A stretch of 64,000 nt of DNA, taken from IMG/VR virus record IMGVR_UViG_3300048588_000476, positions 1,845 through 65,844 of that record. One strand, written 5' to 3'. This DNA comes from a virus (lineage: Duplodnaviria; Caudoviricetes). The notes under the pieces were generated by a model that searched no databases, was not told the DNA's origin, and saw only the letters and a program-made list of their open reading frames with translations. Each line of letters starts with the position of its first letter. Positions within the stretch are counted from its first letter, which is position 1. The position numbers and the translations under genes were made by a program. Shown piece after piece: positions 28,944 to 38,517 of this stretch.

Positions 28944-29828
28944 CTACGCCAGAGACAACGTCGCGTCGGTGATCTGAACGGACGTTACCCCGCTGGTCAA
29001 AACGTCGGTGTTGAGGATCATGTCGGAAGCTCCGGACACCGTACCGACCGTGCCCTGAACAGTAAACGTGAACCCCGTAGAGTGCGTTTTTACCCAACGG
29101 AAATAGGTCACCGTGTCCGCACTGCCCCCGCTCGCTGTGACTGTCGGTCCCGCCGCGCTCAAAGCTGCCGCTCCGCCCGCCGCTGACGCCCACAGCTGGG
29201 TGGCCCCGATAGTGAACGTCGCGCACAGCGTGCCCGTTGGCGCGAGGTCCGCCGTGGCGGGCGGGGTGCCTGTATACAGGCTGATTGTCGACCCGCCGTT
29301 GGTGTTGATGCCCATCTGCGGAACCGTGGTGAGCACCCCAGTCCACAAGTCCACCAGCCGGTTGGCAAGCGACGTACTCAGCCTCAACGTGCCATTGCTG
29401 AGGGGCATGCGAAGAGACAGCGCTGTCAAAATCGGCGGCACCCCCGCGCTCGACGACAGGATGCTCAACGTCACATCGCCGCCCCCGGACAACGCCACGT
29501 CCGTATCGATGATCGGCCCCGGCCCGGAATTGAAAATTCGGGCAAACGTCAGGGACCCGACCGACCCCGCACTCGCGGGCGTCGTGGCCGCGACAGGAGC
29601 TGCAAGGGTAGAAATGCCCCCGCCCGCTGCCGACATCTTGCTCGCAAGGTCGAAACCCGCCGTCGTCGCCGAGAACACCTGCGTTCCTGCGGGGGTTGCC
29701 GTCGGGTCCGCCGGCTGCACTCCGTTGTAGAGCTGCACCCACCTCCACGGAGTGGACGACGTGCTTCGCCCTGTAAGCCAGTCGAGGGTGATGTTCTTGA
29801 AGGCGACAGTCGCAAATGTCGTAGCCAT
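28944..29828 (-). CDS. tail structural protein with internal duplication
   Basis: two halves each with LYxGxxPAxxxxxPxGT and xFxR motifs. Confidence 0.65.
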   Translation of the reverse strand: MATTFATVAFKNITLDWLTGRSTSSTPWRWVQLYNGVQPADPTATPAGTQVFSATTAGFDLASKMSAAGGGISTLAAPVAATTPASAGSVGSLTFARIFNSGPGPIIDTDVALSGGGDVTLSILSSSAGVPPILTALSLRMPLSNGTLRLSTSLANRLVDLWTGVLTTVPQMGINTNGGSTISLYTGTPPATADLAPTGTLCATFTIGATQLWASAAGGAAALSAAGPTVTASGGSADTVTYFRWVKTHSTGFTFTVQGTVGTVSGASDMILNTDVLTSGVTSVQITDATLSLA

Positions 29829-29840
29829 GACGCCCCCCGG

Positions 29841-30254
29841 TTACTCCTTGGACAACGTGATGGTCGGCGTGATGATGATCTGATCGCCGGCATTCTGAAC
29901 CACCTTGGGCGACGAGAAGGACTCCGCCCACAGCAACAGACCGGTGGTCACGTCCGTGACAAAATACCCATGCACCGTGACCGCCGTGCCCGCGGTGAAC
30001 GTCCACGTTTGCGGGGCGTAGGTAGCGGACGCCTTGCCCCCAGCCTGCGTGATTACCCACGAAGTCTTGGTCAGCACCTTGTGGACGTAGCTCAGCGTCG
30101 CGCCCATCTCGGTGAAATCTCCGGCCACCAACGCATCATTGCTGAGCGTAACCGCGGTGGTGTAGAGCTTGAGGTACTGATTGCCCGGCGTGTTCACCCC
30201 GAGGGCAAAGCCGAGCATTGTGTTTTCGGAAGCGGTCGGAAGGACGAGCGGCAT
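29841..30254 (-). CDS. tail structural protein
   Basis: LKLY...F.E...Y...W...GYFV...LLWAE.F pattern. Confidence 0.65.
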   Translation of the reverse strand: MPLVLPTASENTMLGFALGVNTPGNQYLKLYTTAVTLSNDALVAGDFTEMGATLSYVHKVLTKTSWVITQAGGKASATYAPQTWTFTAGTAVTVHGYFVTDVTTGLLLWAESFSSPKVVQNAGDQIIITPTITLSKE

Positions 30255-30302
30255 GGCGAGTCTCCTGAGAGAAGTGTGGGGAGTGTATCACGCACCTACA
30301 CC

Positions 30303-31835
30303 CTACGTGACTAGGATTCCGTACGTGCGGGTAGGAAGTATCGGGTCCCCCGTGTTGTAAAAAGGACGCAGCTGGTACCCCGCCAGATTTCCTGCCTGCA
30401 TGTCCGCTTTCACCACTCCGGAAGCATTATCCGCCAGCTCTTGCAGCACCGCTGCGCGAAACGCGGGGTTGCCGTCAAATATGGGTGCCCCACCTGCGTC
30501 CGGGGAAGAAAATATCGCCACATAATCCGCCACGCCCCCGGACGACACCGCCGCTCCATACCCAAAGGAAGTGGTGCTTGTCGGCCGTTCCCACAACTGC
30601 ACGCGCACCCCCCGCACGTCTTTCATACACACAGAACGGAACATAGACGGCGGGATCGACGTCGTGTATTCCGCGCGGCTCTCCTCCGAATAGGACCACA
30701 CGCATATCTGCGCCCGAGCGTCATAGAACATCACATTTACCCCCAAACTACGCGGAGGCATTGCGTCCGTCTGTGTGGAATTCGAATTTTGCTCCGGGCG
30801 GTAACGAACCACCACTGTGCGGGAAAAAGTCTGGTACGCCCCCGAACTACTAAGCATCGGGACTGAAGTCCACGGCAGAGTCGCCAAAGTGCTCCACGAA
30901 ACCGCGCCTGTTGATTCGGTCACTGACCGCTGCCCCTCCGCGGCAACTACCGTATTGAACAGAGGCGGAGGAGTGTCCAACACATAAGGCCCCGCGTAGC
31001 TGTTCGTCACCTCGCTTTCGGCCGTTGCCTCCGTCATCGTACGCACAATAATAGGCGCGTCGCTTCCGTCTGCCTGATACTGAAACGTGCTCCAAATTGT
31101 TACGTCGGACCTGTTGATTGACGTGCTCGTACTCCCCAACGACTCCACAGTCCCAACAATAGCCCCAATGTCCGGCAGCTTGAAAGTACCCTTCGAGGTA
31201 GTCGTCGACTCCACCACAGGCAAAGACACCAGCGGGGCGTTCCGCAAAAACACCGTTGTGCCTGGCGTATCGTAGTTAACAGTATACTCTGTTTGCCCCC
31301 GCCACACCCGTGTTCCGCTTGGATGCACCTCGTACGCTTCCGCCAAAAACGCGCTTTTCGTTCCGGATTCTACGTACGTATTGCCGGGGGTCGTGCCATC
31401 CGCCGCCTGTTTCACCGCCCCATTGCGCAGATGCCCGGCTTTCCCCTCGCTGCCGATACGAACGGCCGAAACCGCCCTCGCAGAGGTCTGCCACGCGCGG
31501 TTAGCCGCCCCTGTCTGCCATGTTGAGCCGTCTATATCTTCGTACGCGTAAGTTTTGTACCTCAACCGCCGCACAGGCGTGCGGATCGTATTCCCGCCTT
31601 TTGCCGCCGGCACCACAAGTTCCAGCCCAAAAACAAACCCCCGATCCGTCGGCGCCGTCGTTATTCGCACCTGCGCGTTATCTTGATCGAACACCCGGAT
31701 GTCGACCGTGGCGTCCCCCAGCGGGAAGTGACGGCGCGAAACCCCCGCTGCCGCCATCTTGGCCGCTTGCGAGCGGCCAAACCCCATCCACGCTGCCCCG
31801 ACCGACATGTCGTCGACAACAAATCGGACTTTCAT
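30303..31835 (-). CDS. hypothetical virion protein
   Basis: 510-aa Ser/Thr-rich ORF in tail cluster. Confidence 0.6.
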   Translation of the reverse strand: MKVRFVVDDMSVGAAWMGFGRSQAAKMAAAGVSRRHFPLGDATVDIRVFDQDNAQVRITTAPTDRGFVFGLELVVPAAKGGNTIRTPVRRLRYKTYAYEDIDGSTWQTGAANRAWQTSARAVSAVRIGSEGKAGHLRNGAVKQAADGTTPGNTYVESGTKSAFLAEAYEVHPSGTRVWRGQTEYTVNYDTPGTTVFLRNAPLVSLPVVESTTTSKGTFKLPDIGAIVGTVESLGSTSTSINRSDVTIWSTFQYQADGSDAPIIVRTMTEATAESEVTNSYAGPYVLDTPPPLFNTVVAAEGQRSVTESTGAVSWSTLATLPWTSVPMLSSSGAYQTFSRTVVVRYRPEQNSNSTQTDAMPPRSLGVNVMFYDARAQICVWSYSEESRAEYTTSIPPSMFRSVCMKDVRGVRVQLWERPTSTTSFGYGAAVSSGGVADYVAIFSSPDAGGAPIFDGNPAFRAAVLQELADNASGVVKADMQAGNLAGYQLRPFYNTGDPILPTRTYGILVT

Positions 31836-33089
31836 CTACAGCACTTCCGCAGCTCGGACCACCTCTCCCGCTGTATAGTCCGCGCTTGAAGCAACAGCGC
31901 CCGAGGGCGTGGAAAGCAGTGCAATCGCGGACTGGTGACCTTCGGCGATGTCGATGCCCATGGCGCCCGTTGCGTACGAAGGTACCGCAAGTTGATCTTC
32001 CGTCAGGTTCTTAACCTGCCCGCCTACCGCGCCCCGAACGAATCCACGCTCCGAAAACCACATGACGTCGGTAGAATCCACTACCTGCGTCACCGCGCCT
32101 TCGACCGCCTTATACGGCAACACTTCTCGCCGACGCACGTCTTCGGTACCTACCCCACTGTAGAAGTAGGTACGCTCCGCGGAGATGTACAGCCCGTCCG
32201 GCACCGCTGCCAGCAGCGTGACCCGCTGGGGGTGCATGAAGAAGCTACCGACATTGTCCGCCAGATTGTAATTTAGCGGGTCGGTATGCCACACCATGCT
32301 GCCGGACGCGATATAGATGATACCGTTCAGGTACGTCAGCAACTGCCCGGGTGGGGGCGGGCTGTTGAACTGCGTGCGCAACGGTGCCCCGTTCGCAAAA
32401 AAGCCTGACAGAAGTACGGTAGTCTGCCCCACCGGTACATCCGTCTGCCGGTAATATACTTTGCCGTCGATGTTGGTTACATACACCCGGACATGCGTGA
32501 CCCGGCTATCTGTGGGTTGTGGAATGCTGGTAACCCGAATCGTCGGCGTGTCGCCACACAACACCGTTGTGTGTGGCCCCGCCCCAGATTCTTCTCCGGT
32601 AGCGGTCACAAACGTACATGTTACGTTGTACAGCCGGTCGAGCGTCTCGACTACTGTGCCAAAACAAAACGGGGCTGTGGTGGGCACGGCGATACCCCAC
32701 GGGGCATACACGTCCGCCGCCGTGATCTTGCCGTTGATCTGCTCATTCGAGAAGAAGATTTCGCCGTTGACAGTGACGTACGACAGGCGCGCGCCCAGCC
32801 GTGTATCGGTCAGCAGTTCGATCGGGAGGAGGTCACTTCGGCACATGTAGAGCGTATCCGCATCCGCCCACACCATGCGCTCGTCGTCCGCATACAGGCT
32901 GTGCGCCCCGGGGAGCGCCAAGAGCTGCTGCACTCCCTTGCGGGACACCACCTTGCCGCTGGTTCGAATGTCGACGTTGACTGCGTCGCGAAGGGAACCG
33001 TCAGGGACGTCGTGGTCCGGCGCCCGATTGTTCACTCCTTTCGGCCAGCCTCGATACGTTGCCCGGCCTGTGAACTGATCGAGTTCCAT
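31836..33089 (-). CDS. putative tail nozzle/stabilisation protein
   Basis: true start MELDQF at 33089 (TAATG overlap); GVNN...LRDAVNVDI...RKG motif. Confidence 0.6.
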   Translation of the reverse strand: MELDQFTGRATYRGWPKGVNNRAPDHDVPDGSLRDAVNVDIRTSGKVVSRKGVQQLLALPGAHSLYADDERMVWADADTLYMCRSDLLPIELLTDTRLGARLSYVTVNGEIFFSNEQINGKITAADVYAPWGIAVPTTAPFCFGTVVETLDRLYNVTCTFVTATGEESGAGPHTTVLCGDTPTIRVTSIPQPTDSRVTHVRVYVTNIDGKVYYRQTDVPVGQTTVLLSGFFANGAPLRTQFNSPPPPGQLLTYLNGIIYIASGSMVWHTDPLNYNLADNVGSFFMHPQRVTLLAAVPDGLYISAERTYFYSGVGTEDVRRREVLPYKAVEGAVTQVVDSTDVMWFSERGFVRGAVGGQVKNLTEDQLAVPSYATGAMGIDIAEGHQSAIALLSTPSGAVASSADYTAGEVVRAAEVL

Positions 33090-33850
33090 TACCGACTCCA
33101 GCGAAAGGCGCCATTCCCCAAGGAAAAGCCATGCGGCGCAAAGGTACGGCGTGCCGCGTCTTGCATGGCTTTTTTCACACAGGCATCGAACGCAATCTTG
33201 TGTTTCTCGGCGGCAGTCGCGTCCCCGCCATCGGCGTCGTGGTTGGAGTACGCCCGGTACGCCGCCCAGTTGAGGATGTCCAGATGGTAATCCTCGGGGA
33301 TCTCCAGCTCGGCATCTTCGTTGTCGAGCGTCAGGGGCTCCAGCGGGAGCCGCGAGACCCGAAGGTACAGCACGTTCCCCGCCTCGTCCGTGGACGGCTT
33401 GGGGTACACCCGGAGCGTGATGGGGGTGTTCGGCCCGCCCTGCAATTCCTCGTCCACCGTCCACGCCCGGGGGCGTCCGGGGGCCAGCTCGGACGCCGTG
33501 TTGACGTCGAAGAACTGATCCTGCGTGGCACCCACGTAGGTGTCCAGCCGCGTGTGGGATGCACGGGGGAGGTCCACGGCGTCTGTGTGGTACCGCACAG
33601 AGCGCACCGACAGCGCCGCGGGGTTCAGCGGGTAGAGCGTCACCCCCGGCTGCAGGAACACCTGCGTCAGCTCAGGCGTGGTGGCGTCCCAGATGATCAG
33701 CGTCTCGCGAGCAAATCGCCGGTATGCCTCGTTGATGTACCGCGCCAGCGTGACATCTGACCACAGACGATCATCATCCCCCGCAAGCAACGAGGAGTTG
33801 TCGCGGAGGATGTTGGTTCGAAGCTCGTCGAGAAGCTCGCGAAAGATCAC
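33089..33850 (-). CDS. head-tail adaptor-like protein
   Basis: LWSD..L.RYINEA, LRVYPKP, EIPEDYH..ILNWAAYRAY motifs. Confidence 0.65.
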   Translation of the reverse strand: MIFRELLDELRTNILRDNSSLLAGDDDRLWSDVTLARYINEAYRRFARETLIIWDATTPELTQVFLQPGVTLYPLNPAALSVRSVRYHTDAVDLPRASHTRLDTYVGATQDQFFDVNTASELAPGRPRAWTVDEELQGGPNTPITLRVYPKPSTDEAGNVLYLRVSRLPLEPLTLDNEDAELEIPEDYHLDILNWAAYRAYSNHDADGGDATAAEKHKIAFDACVKKAMQDAARRTFAPHGFSLGNGAFRWSR

Positions 33851-34179
33851 AGTGCGTTGATGTCCCGTTCGACGATGCGGTACGGGAAGCGGGGGCGGTC
33901 ACGAAACCCGACGATCTGCTCGTTCTCGTCCAGCACCGGCACCGACGTCACTGCACTGTCGAGCACGCCGAGAATCTCGACCGGCACATCAGCCTCTTCG
34001 CCAGACCGTAGCACATACGACCGGCCGTTGACCCCGATAAACTGCCCAGAGGGCGGAATCTCCGCGTTGTCCGCCAGCACGATACGCACCCGTCGTTTGT
34101 CCGGGGGCTGCGTTGCGGTGTCCACCTTGGACTGGTCAACTTTGGCTACCGGCGAGGGCTTCTTGTCGAGTTCCATCAC
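33847..34179 (-). CDS. conserved hypothetical virion-module protein
   Basis: FIGVNGRSY...RFPY; coupled ORF. Confidence 0.65.
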   Translation of the reverse strand: MMELDKKPSPVAKVDQSKVDTATQPPDKRRVRIVLADNAEIPPSGQFIGVNGRSYVLRSGEEADVPVEILGVLDSAVTSVPVLDENEQIVGFRDRPRFPYRIVERDINAL

Positions 34180-34454
34180 TTCCCCTTCACTGCGTGTGTG
34201 AAAGCCGTATCGTACTCGTCTTCATCATCCATGGGGTGAAGCTCCGGAATTTTGGTCTCCAGAAACTTCAACATGGACTTGATGTCGGTGAATGCGTACC
34301 CCTTCCACGGGTCCTGATACGGCAGGTATTTTCCGTTCTTCTGCGGGTTTCGATTGGCTTCCCGAATGGTCGAGTCGACGATCTCGACCTCGTATCCATT
34401 CTCCAGCTTTTCGATCTTGAGAATGCAGTTGTCCATTGGGGGCTCCACGAACAA
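34176..34454 (-). CDS. hypothetical protein
   Basis: LKIEKLENGYEV; start may be ATG 34436. Confidence 0.6.
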   Translation of the reverse strand: MFVEPPMDNCILKIEKLENGYEVEIVDSTIREANRNPQKNGKYLPYQDPWKGYAFTDIKSMLKFLETKIPELHPMDDEDEYDTAFTHAVKGK

Positions 34455-34477
34455 CAGGGGCCGAAGCCCCTGTTGTC

Positions 34478-34942
34478 TTAGCCTTCCATCATGATGTACA
34501 GCGTGGCGCTCGCCGGAACCATGGTGGCCCCGAGCCGGACCGTGCCCACCCCAAGCGACTCCCCGATCGGGGGGTTGCCCAACGTGGACGCCGCAGGGGT
34601 CGTGGCGTTGACAGACACCAAGCTGCCGTCATTCGAGAAGCCAACCAGCACGTCGCCGGAAGCCACCACGATGTTGGTGCCGGATGCCGCCACCAGAACG
34701 CCGCCAGAGGTCGGATGCGAACGGGTGCCCGCAGTGATCGTGCGGATGAAGTGGTTCGCCGGCATACCCTCGAACCACTCGTACTCTGCGAGGTTCGTGA
34801 GGTCGGCCACAACGATGTGGGACGGCTGGAACCCGACATTGAAGATCGTCGGAGCAGCGGTCGCAGCGGTGGTGGTGAAGGTGAAGTGCGCCAGATTCGG
34901 CACGCCCATTTGCTGGGAACCAGCGGTTCGAGTACCTGCCAT
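34478..34942 (-). CDS. putative capsid decoration/minor head protein
   Basis: directly after MCP; VGFQPSHIVV...YEWFEGM. Confidence 0.55.
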   Translation of the reverse strand: MAGTRTAGSQQMGVPNLAHFTFTTTAATAAPTIFNVGFQPSHIVVADLTNLAEYEWFEGMPANHFIRTITAGTRSHPTSGGVLVAASGTNIVVASGDVLVGFSNDGSLVSVNATTPAASTLGNPPIGESLGVGTVRLGATMVPASATLYIMMEG

Positions 34943-34995
34943 GGTGAGTCTCCTGATTCGTGACCGGGGAGCGGATCACCGCTCCCCGTAGGGCA

Positions 34996-36069
34996 TTACG
35001 CCGTTGCAGCGACCTCGACCCGTGCCATCCACGCGTCATTGAGAATCACCGTCGCCTGATACGTCTTCCAGCCCACCGTACCGCGCTGCGCCAGCGGATC
35101 GCCGGGAGCGGGCTTCGGATTGACCACCATGGGCGTCAGGCTGGTCTTGCCCTTCAGGGGCACGATGCCGTATGCGTCACGGGCGAAGATCAGGATCGGG
35201 TACACGTCCGCGGCCAAGCCGCCAGTCGAACGCATCGTGCCGGGCGTACCGCCAGCGTTGATCCACGGCGTCGCCACCGTGGTGCTGATATAGCGCACCT
35301 GCTCCACCGTGCCGATCTCGTTCTCCCACGGGGTGTGATGGGGGCCGTAATCCGCCACCTTCACGAAGCCCGTGATGCCCCGAATGTCGCTTTCGAGGTC
35401 GGGGTGCACGATCGCCACGTAGCTGGCTTCCACCGACTTGGTGTTGAAGTCAGGGGTCGACGCAATGATGCTGGTGATCTTCTTCGCGTTCTGCCGGTTG
35501 AGCTGCGTGGTGACCTGACGCTGAAGCGCCAGCCCCGCTGCCCCGGTGTACGCCGTGTTGACCGCCGTGGTCGCCGTACCATTGGCGAAGTAGACGTTCG
35601 TGCCTGCCTTCAGCACGTTGTACCGCAGCGTCTCCACCGTCAGCGCGGCCGACTCGCCCAGCACTTCCGTGGCTGCCTGCAGCACTTGGTCTTCGTGGGT
35701 GTCCATCACCACGTCGGTGATGGTCGTGAAATCGCCGTACTGCTGGATCGTCACCGTGTAGTCGGTGTTCGCCAGCTTGCGACCGGCCGGCGTGACGCCT
35801 TCCGTCAACGGCGTGGTCGACAGCGGGATGCCCCAAGCGGGACGGTCCGGGGACGCGCCACCCACCGCCGTGCCTGCCCCGGCAGCGCCGGTCGAGCCCG
35901 CGAGGTAGTAGCGCCGGAACTTGGCGACCTTGGTCGCATTCGTCGGGAGGGGGTACGTCTGGCCGAACTTCTCGAACGCGAGGTACGGCATGCCGCGCTT
36001 GAGCAGCTGGGTCACCGCGTACGCGGCGGTTCGGGGAGAGATGTCCCCGTAAACAGTGGTCGCTGCCAT
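34996..36069 (-). CDS. major capsid protein, N4-gp56-like family
   Basis: YGDISPRTA, KFRRY, LTEGVTP, QYG, DPLAQRGTVGWK motifs. Confidence 0.9.
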   Translation of the reverse strand: MAATTVYGDISPRTAAYAVTQLLKRGMPYLAFEKFGQTYPLPTNATKVAKFRRYYLAGSTGAAGAGTAVGGASPDRPAWGIPLSTTPLTEGVTPAGRKLANTDYTVTIQQYGDFTTITDVVMDTHEDQVLQAATEVLGESAALTVETLRYNVLKAGTNVYFANGTATTAVNTAYTGAAGLALQRQVTTQLNRQNAKKITSIIASTPDFNTKSVEASYVAIVHPDLESDIRGITGFVKVADYGPHHTPWENEIGTVEQVRYISTTVATPWINAGGTPGTMRSTGGLAADVYPILIFARDAYGIVPLKGKTSLTPMVVNPKPAPGDPLAQRGTVGWKTYQATVILNDAWMARVEVAATA

Positions 36070-36093
36070 GGATCAGACTCCTTGTGTCATCGG

Positions 36094-36948
36094 TTACTTG
36101 ACCGCGGCTTTGGCGAATTCCTCGAACGCGCCATCAAAATCGTTCGGGTCCGCCGCCGTCGTCGGCGCAGTTCTTCGGGATGGCACCGCCTTGAGTCGCT
36201 CGGCCGCTTTGTTGGCTGCGGGGGGTGCTGCTGGTGACGCAGAATTTACCACAGTGCCAGCCGGTTTCAAGCCCTTTGCTTCCTTGTACATCGAAATAAG
36301 GTCCGAGACCTCTTCCGCCGTGCCCTCGTCCACCACCGTCTGGAACGCTTTCTTGCGAGCCGGAGACTGTTCGCCCACCCACGCGATCACGTCGTCGTAG
36401 ACCGCGTCGTAGTCCGCATGCGCTGCTGTGATGGCGGTCATGTGCTCGTCGACATCTGCCGTCTCCAGCCGCGAGCGCAAATCCACGATGGTGTCCTGCA
36501 GCGGCTTCACGTACGCCTGCACCTGCCCGAACACGTAGTTCAGCAGCCTGTAATTATCCGCCTTGCGCCGCACCTCTTCCGCCGCTGCAATCTCCGGCCA
36601 ATCCTTGAGGTAGCCATCCACCATCTCCCGCTCAGCGTCGGACAGCGCCAGCTCGGTCGGTGTGGGTTCCGGCGTGGGCTCGGGGGTCGGCTCCGGTGTC
36701 GGCTCCGGCGTTGCTGCCTTGCGCAACTCTTCCCGGAACGCCTTCAGCTCGTCAGCAAACGACGTCTCTGTGGGCTCGGGCGTAGGTTCCGGGGTCGGCT
36801 CCGGTGTCGGCTCGGGCGTGGGCTCCGGTGTCGGCTCGGGCGTGGGCTCCGGTGTCGGCTCGGGCGCACTGGCCTCGTTGAATGCTGCGTCGAATTGCTC
36901 GTCCGCCGTCAGTTCGGGTGCCGGAGCTGCGTCAAGTTTCGGGTCCAT
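36094..36948 (-). CDS. scaffolding protein with (PEPT)n repeats
   Basis: acidic, directly upstream of MCP; 12-bp tandem units at about 36655-36710 and 36770-36866. Confidence 0.75.
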   Translation of the reverse strand: MDPKLDAAPAPELTADEQFDAAFNEASAPEPTPEPTPEPTPEPTPEPTPEPTPEPTPEPTETSFADELKAFREELRKAATPEPTPEPTPEPTPEPTPTELALSDAEREMVDGYLKDWPEIAAAEEVRRKADNYRLLNYVFGQVQAYVKPLQDTIVDLRSRLETADVDEHMTAITAAHADYDAVYDDVIAWVGEQSPARKKAFQTVVDEGTAEEVSDLISMYKEAKGLKPAGTVVNSASPAAPPAANKAAERLKAVPSRRTAPTTAADPNDFDGAFEEFAKAAVK

Positions 36949-36954
36949 GTATCC

Positions 36955-38517
36955 TCAGCGTGATTGCACGGCCCATGGGCCGATGTTTGGGGGTATTGAG
37001 TACCGACGATTGTACCTGTCTCTGGCGCCTTGGACATGCGCTCCAGCCCGCCATGTGGGGGAGTCGGGCTTGAGGCCGAGCCATGGCTTCGCGGGGTCGA
37101 TGAAGAGGGGGTCGGACGTGATGTTGTTCGCGCCCATCGTGTGGTTGACGGCAGCCGCCATGCCGAAGAAGCAGTTGTTGTTCTCCAGCGTCCATGCGTC
37201 CACGGTGTCGAACACCGACACTCCGGCCCCGGTGAAGATGTTGTTCCTGACGGCCACGTTCGCGCGATCGGCCAAGGTGCCGAGGTAGCAGCCGTAGTCG
37301 AGGCAGTTCACGAACGCGTTGTTCGAGAACCAGCACCCGGCCTGATTGGGTAGGGGCGTGCCGATCAGCAGTCCGCCCTTGAGGCCGAACCCTACGTTCC
37401 CCCAGAACCGACAGTTCACAGAATCGAGGAGCATCAGCAGGAAGCCGGAGTTGAACACGGCGGGCTTGCCGAAGTTGCGCACGCCGACGTTGCCGTAGAT
37501 GTCGCAGTTGTCGCACCCGTGATCTATCAGCACAGAACACGCGTCGATCGTGGTCGTCGTGAGGTCTTCGAAGTAGTTGCAGAAGATCTGGTACTCACCA
37601 TAGAAGGCGTTCACGCCGCCCACTGCGCCAGCGACTCTATTTGCCACGTTGAAAGACACGTCGTTCGGACCGAACCCGGGCGTCGTCGATCTCCGGAACC
37701 CGTCCACGGCGATGCACCCACCCATGCCAGCCGTGACGAGCGACTCGCCGCAGTCCTCGAACGTGTTGAACCGGATCTTCACGCCAGACCCCACGCCCCA
37801 CGCGTCCGTCTTGTGCTTGATCTCCATGCACAGACCGCGCGTCCCGACGAACCGGTTGCGCTCGATGACGAGGTCGTTCATCGCCACCGTCGTTCCTGCT
37901 ATGCCACGGAAGTGAATCAGCGCCCTGCCAGCGGTGGATCCGTTGAACAGGTTGTTTCTGATCGTGAGGCGGGAGAGGCTGTTCGTTGTGCCACCAGTCC
38001 CGTTGTAGAACGACAGATTGGCACCGGTCCCGGGGTCGGAGCCGCCGTTACCGAGAAACGTGTTGCCCTCGATCAGGATGTCCGCATGGTTCTGCCCGGT
38101 CGCGACCGAAAAACTGATGGCGGAAGACGAGACCATCCGCAGCGTGTTGTAGAGATACGCGCAGTTGGTCGCAGACGCCTGCACGAAGATCAGGCTGGAG
38201 CTTCCTCCGGTGATATCGAGGTCTCGGAAGATGGTGAACGCCCTGGTGCTATTCAGGAAGTTGGCGCCAGAGAAGACGATTCGTCCGGGGTCGGGCGCAT
38301 AGGCTCCCGTAATGATCACCGGGGACGCGAGTGTGCCGCCATGTGCGCCCGGGGTAAGGGTGGCCGCGATCGACCAGAGCCCGCAGACATATAGCGTCGA
38401 GCCCGCAGTCAGCGCGGCCCACGAGATCGAGGCCCAGCCTTGGTAGGCGTTGGCGTACGAACTGCCGGAGTTGTTCCCGCCGTGCGATGCGTCAGGTCTA
38501 ACGTACAGGTCTGGCAT
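36955..38517 (-). CDS. right-handed beta-helix protein (depolymerase-like)
   Basis: repeated IxxNxF/IRNN strands; C-terminal DPLF...LKPDSP. Confidence 0.75.
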   Translation of the reverse strand: MPDLYVRPDASHGGNNSGSSYANAYQGWASISWAALTAGSTLYVCGLWSIAATLTPGAHGGTLASPVIITGAYAPDPGRIVFSGANFLNSTRAFTIFRDLDITGGSSSLIFVQASATNCAYLYNTLRMVSSSAISFSVATGQNHADILIEGNTFLGNGGSDPGTGANLSFYNGTGGTTNSLSRLTIRNNLFNGSTAGRALIHFRGIAGTTVAMNDLVIERNRFVGTRGLCMEIKHKTDAWGVGSGVKIRFNTFEDCGESLVTAGMGGCIAVDGFRRSTTPGFGPNDVSFNVANRVAGAVGGVNAFYGEYQIFCNYFEDLTTTTIDACSVLIDHGCDNCDIYGNVGVRNFGKPAVFNSGFLLMLLDSVNCRFWGNVGFGLKGGLLIGTPLPNQAGCWFSNNAFVNCLDYGCYLGTLADRANVAVRNNIFTGAGVSVFDTVDAWTLENNNCFFGMAAAVNHTMGANNITSDPLFIDPAKPWLGLKPDSPTWRAGAHVQGARDRYNRRYSIPPNIGPWAVQSR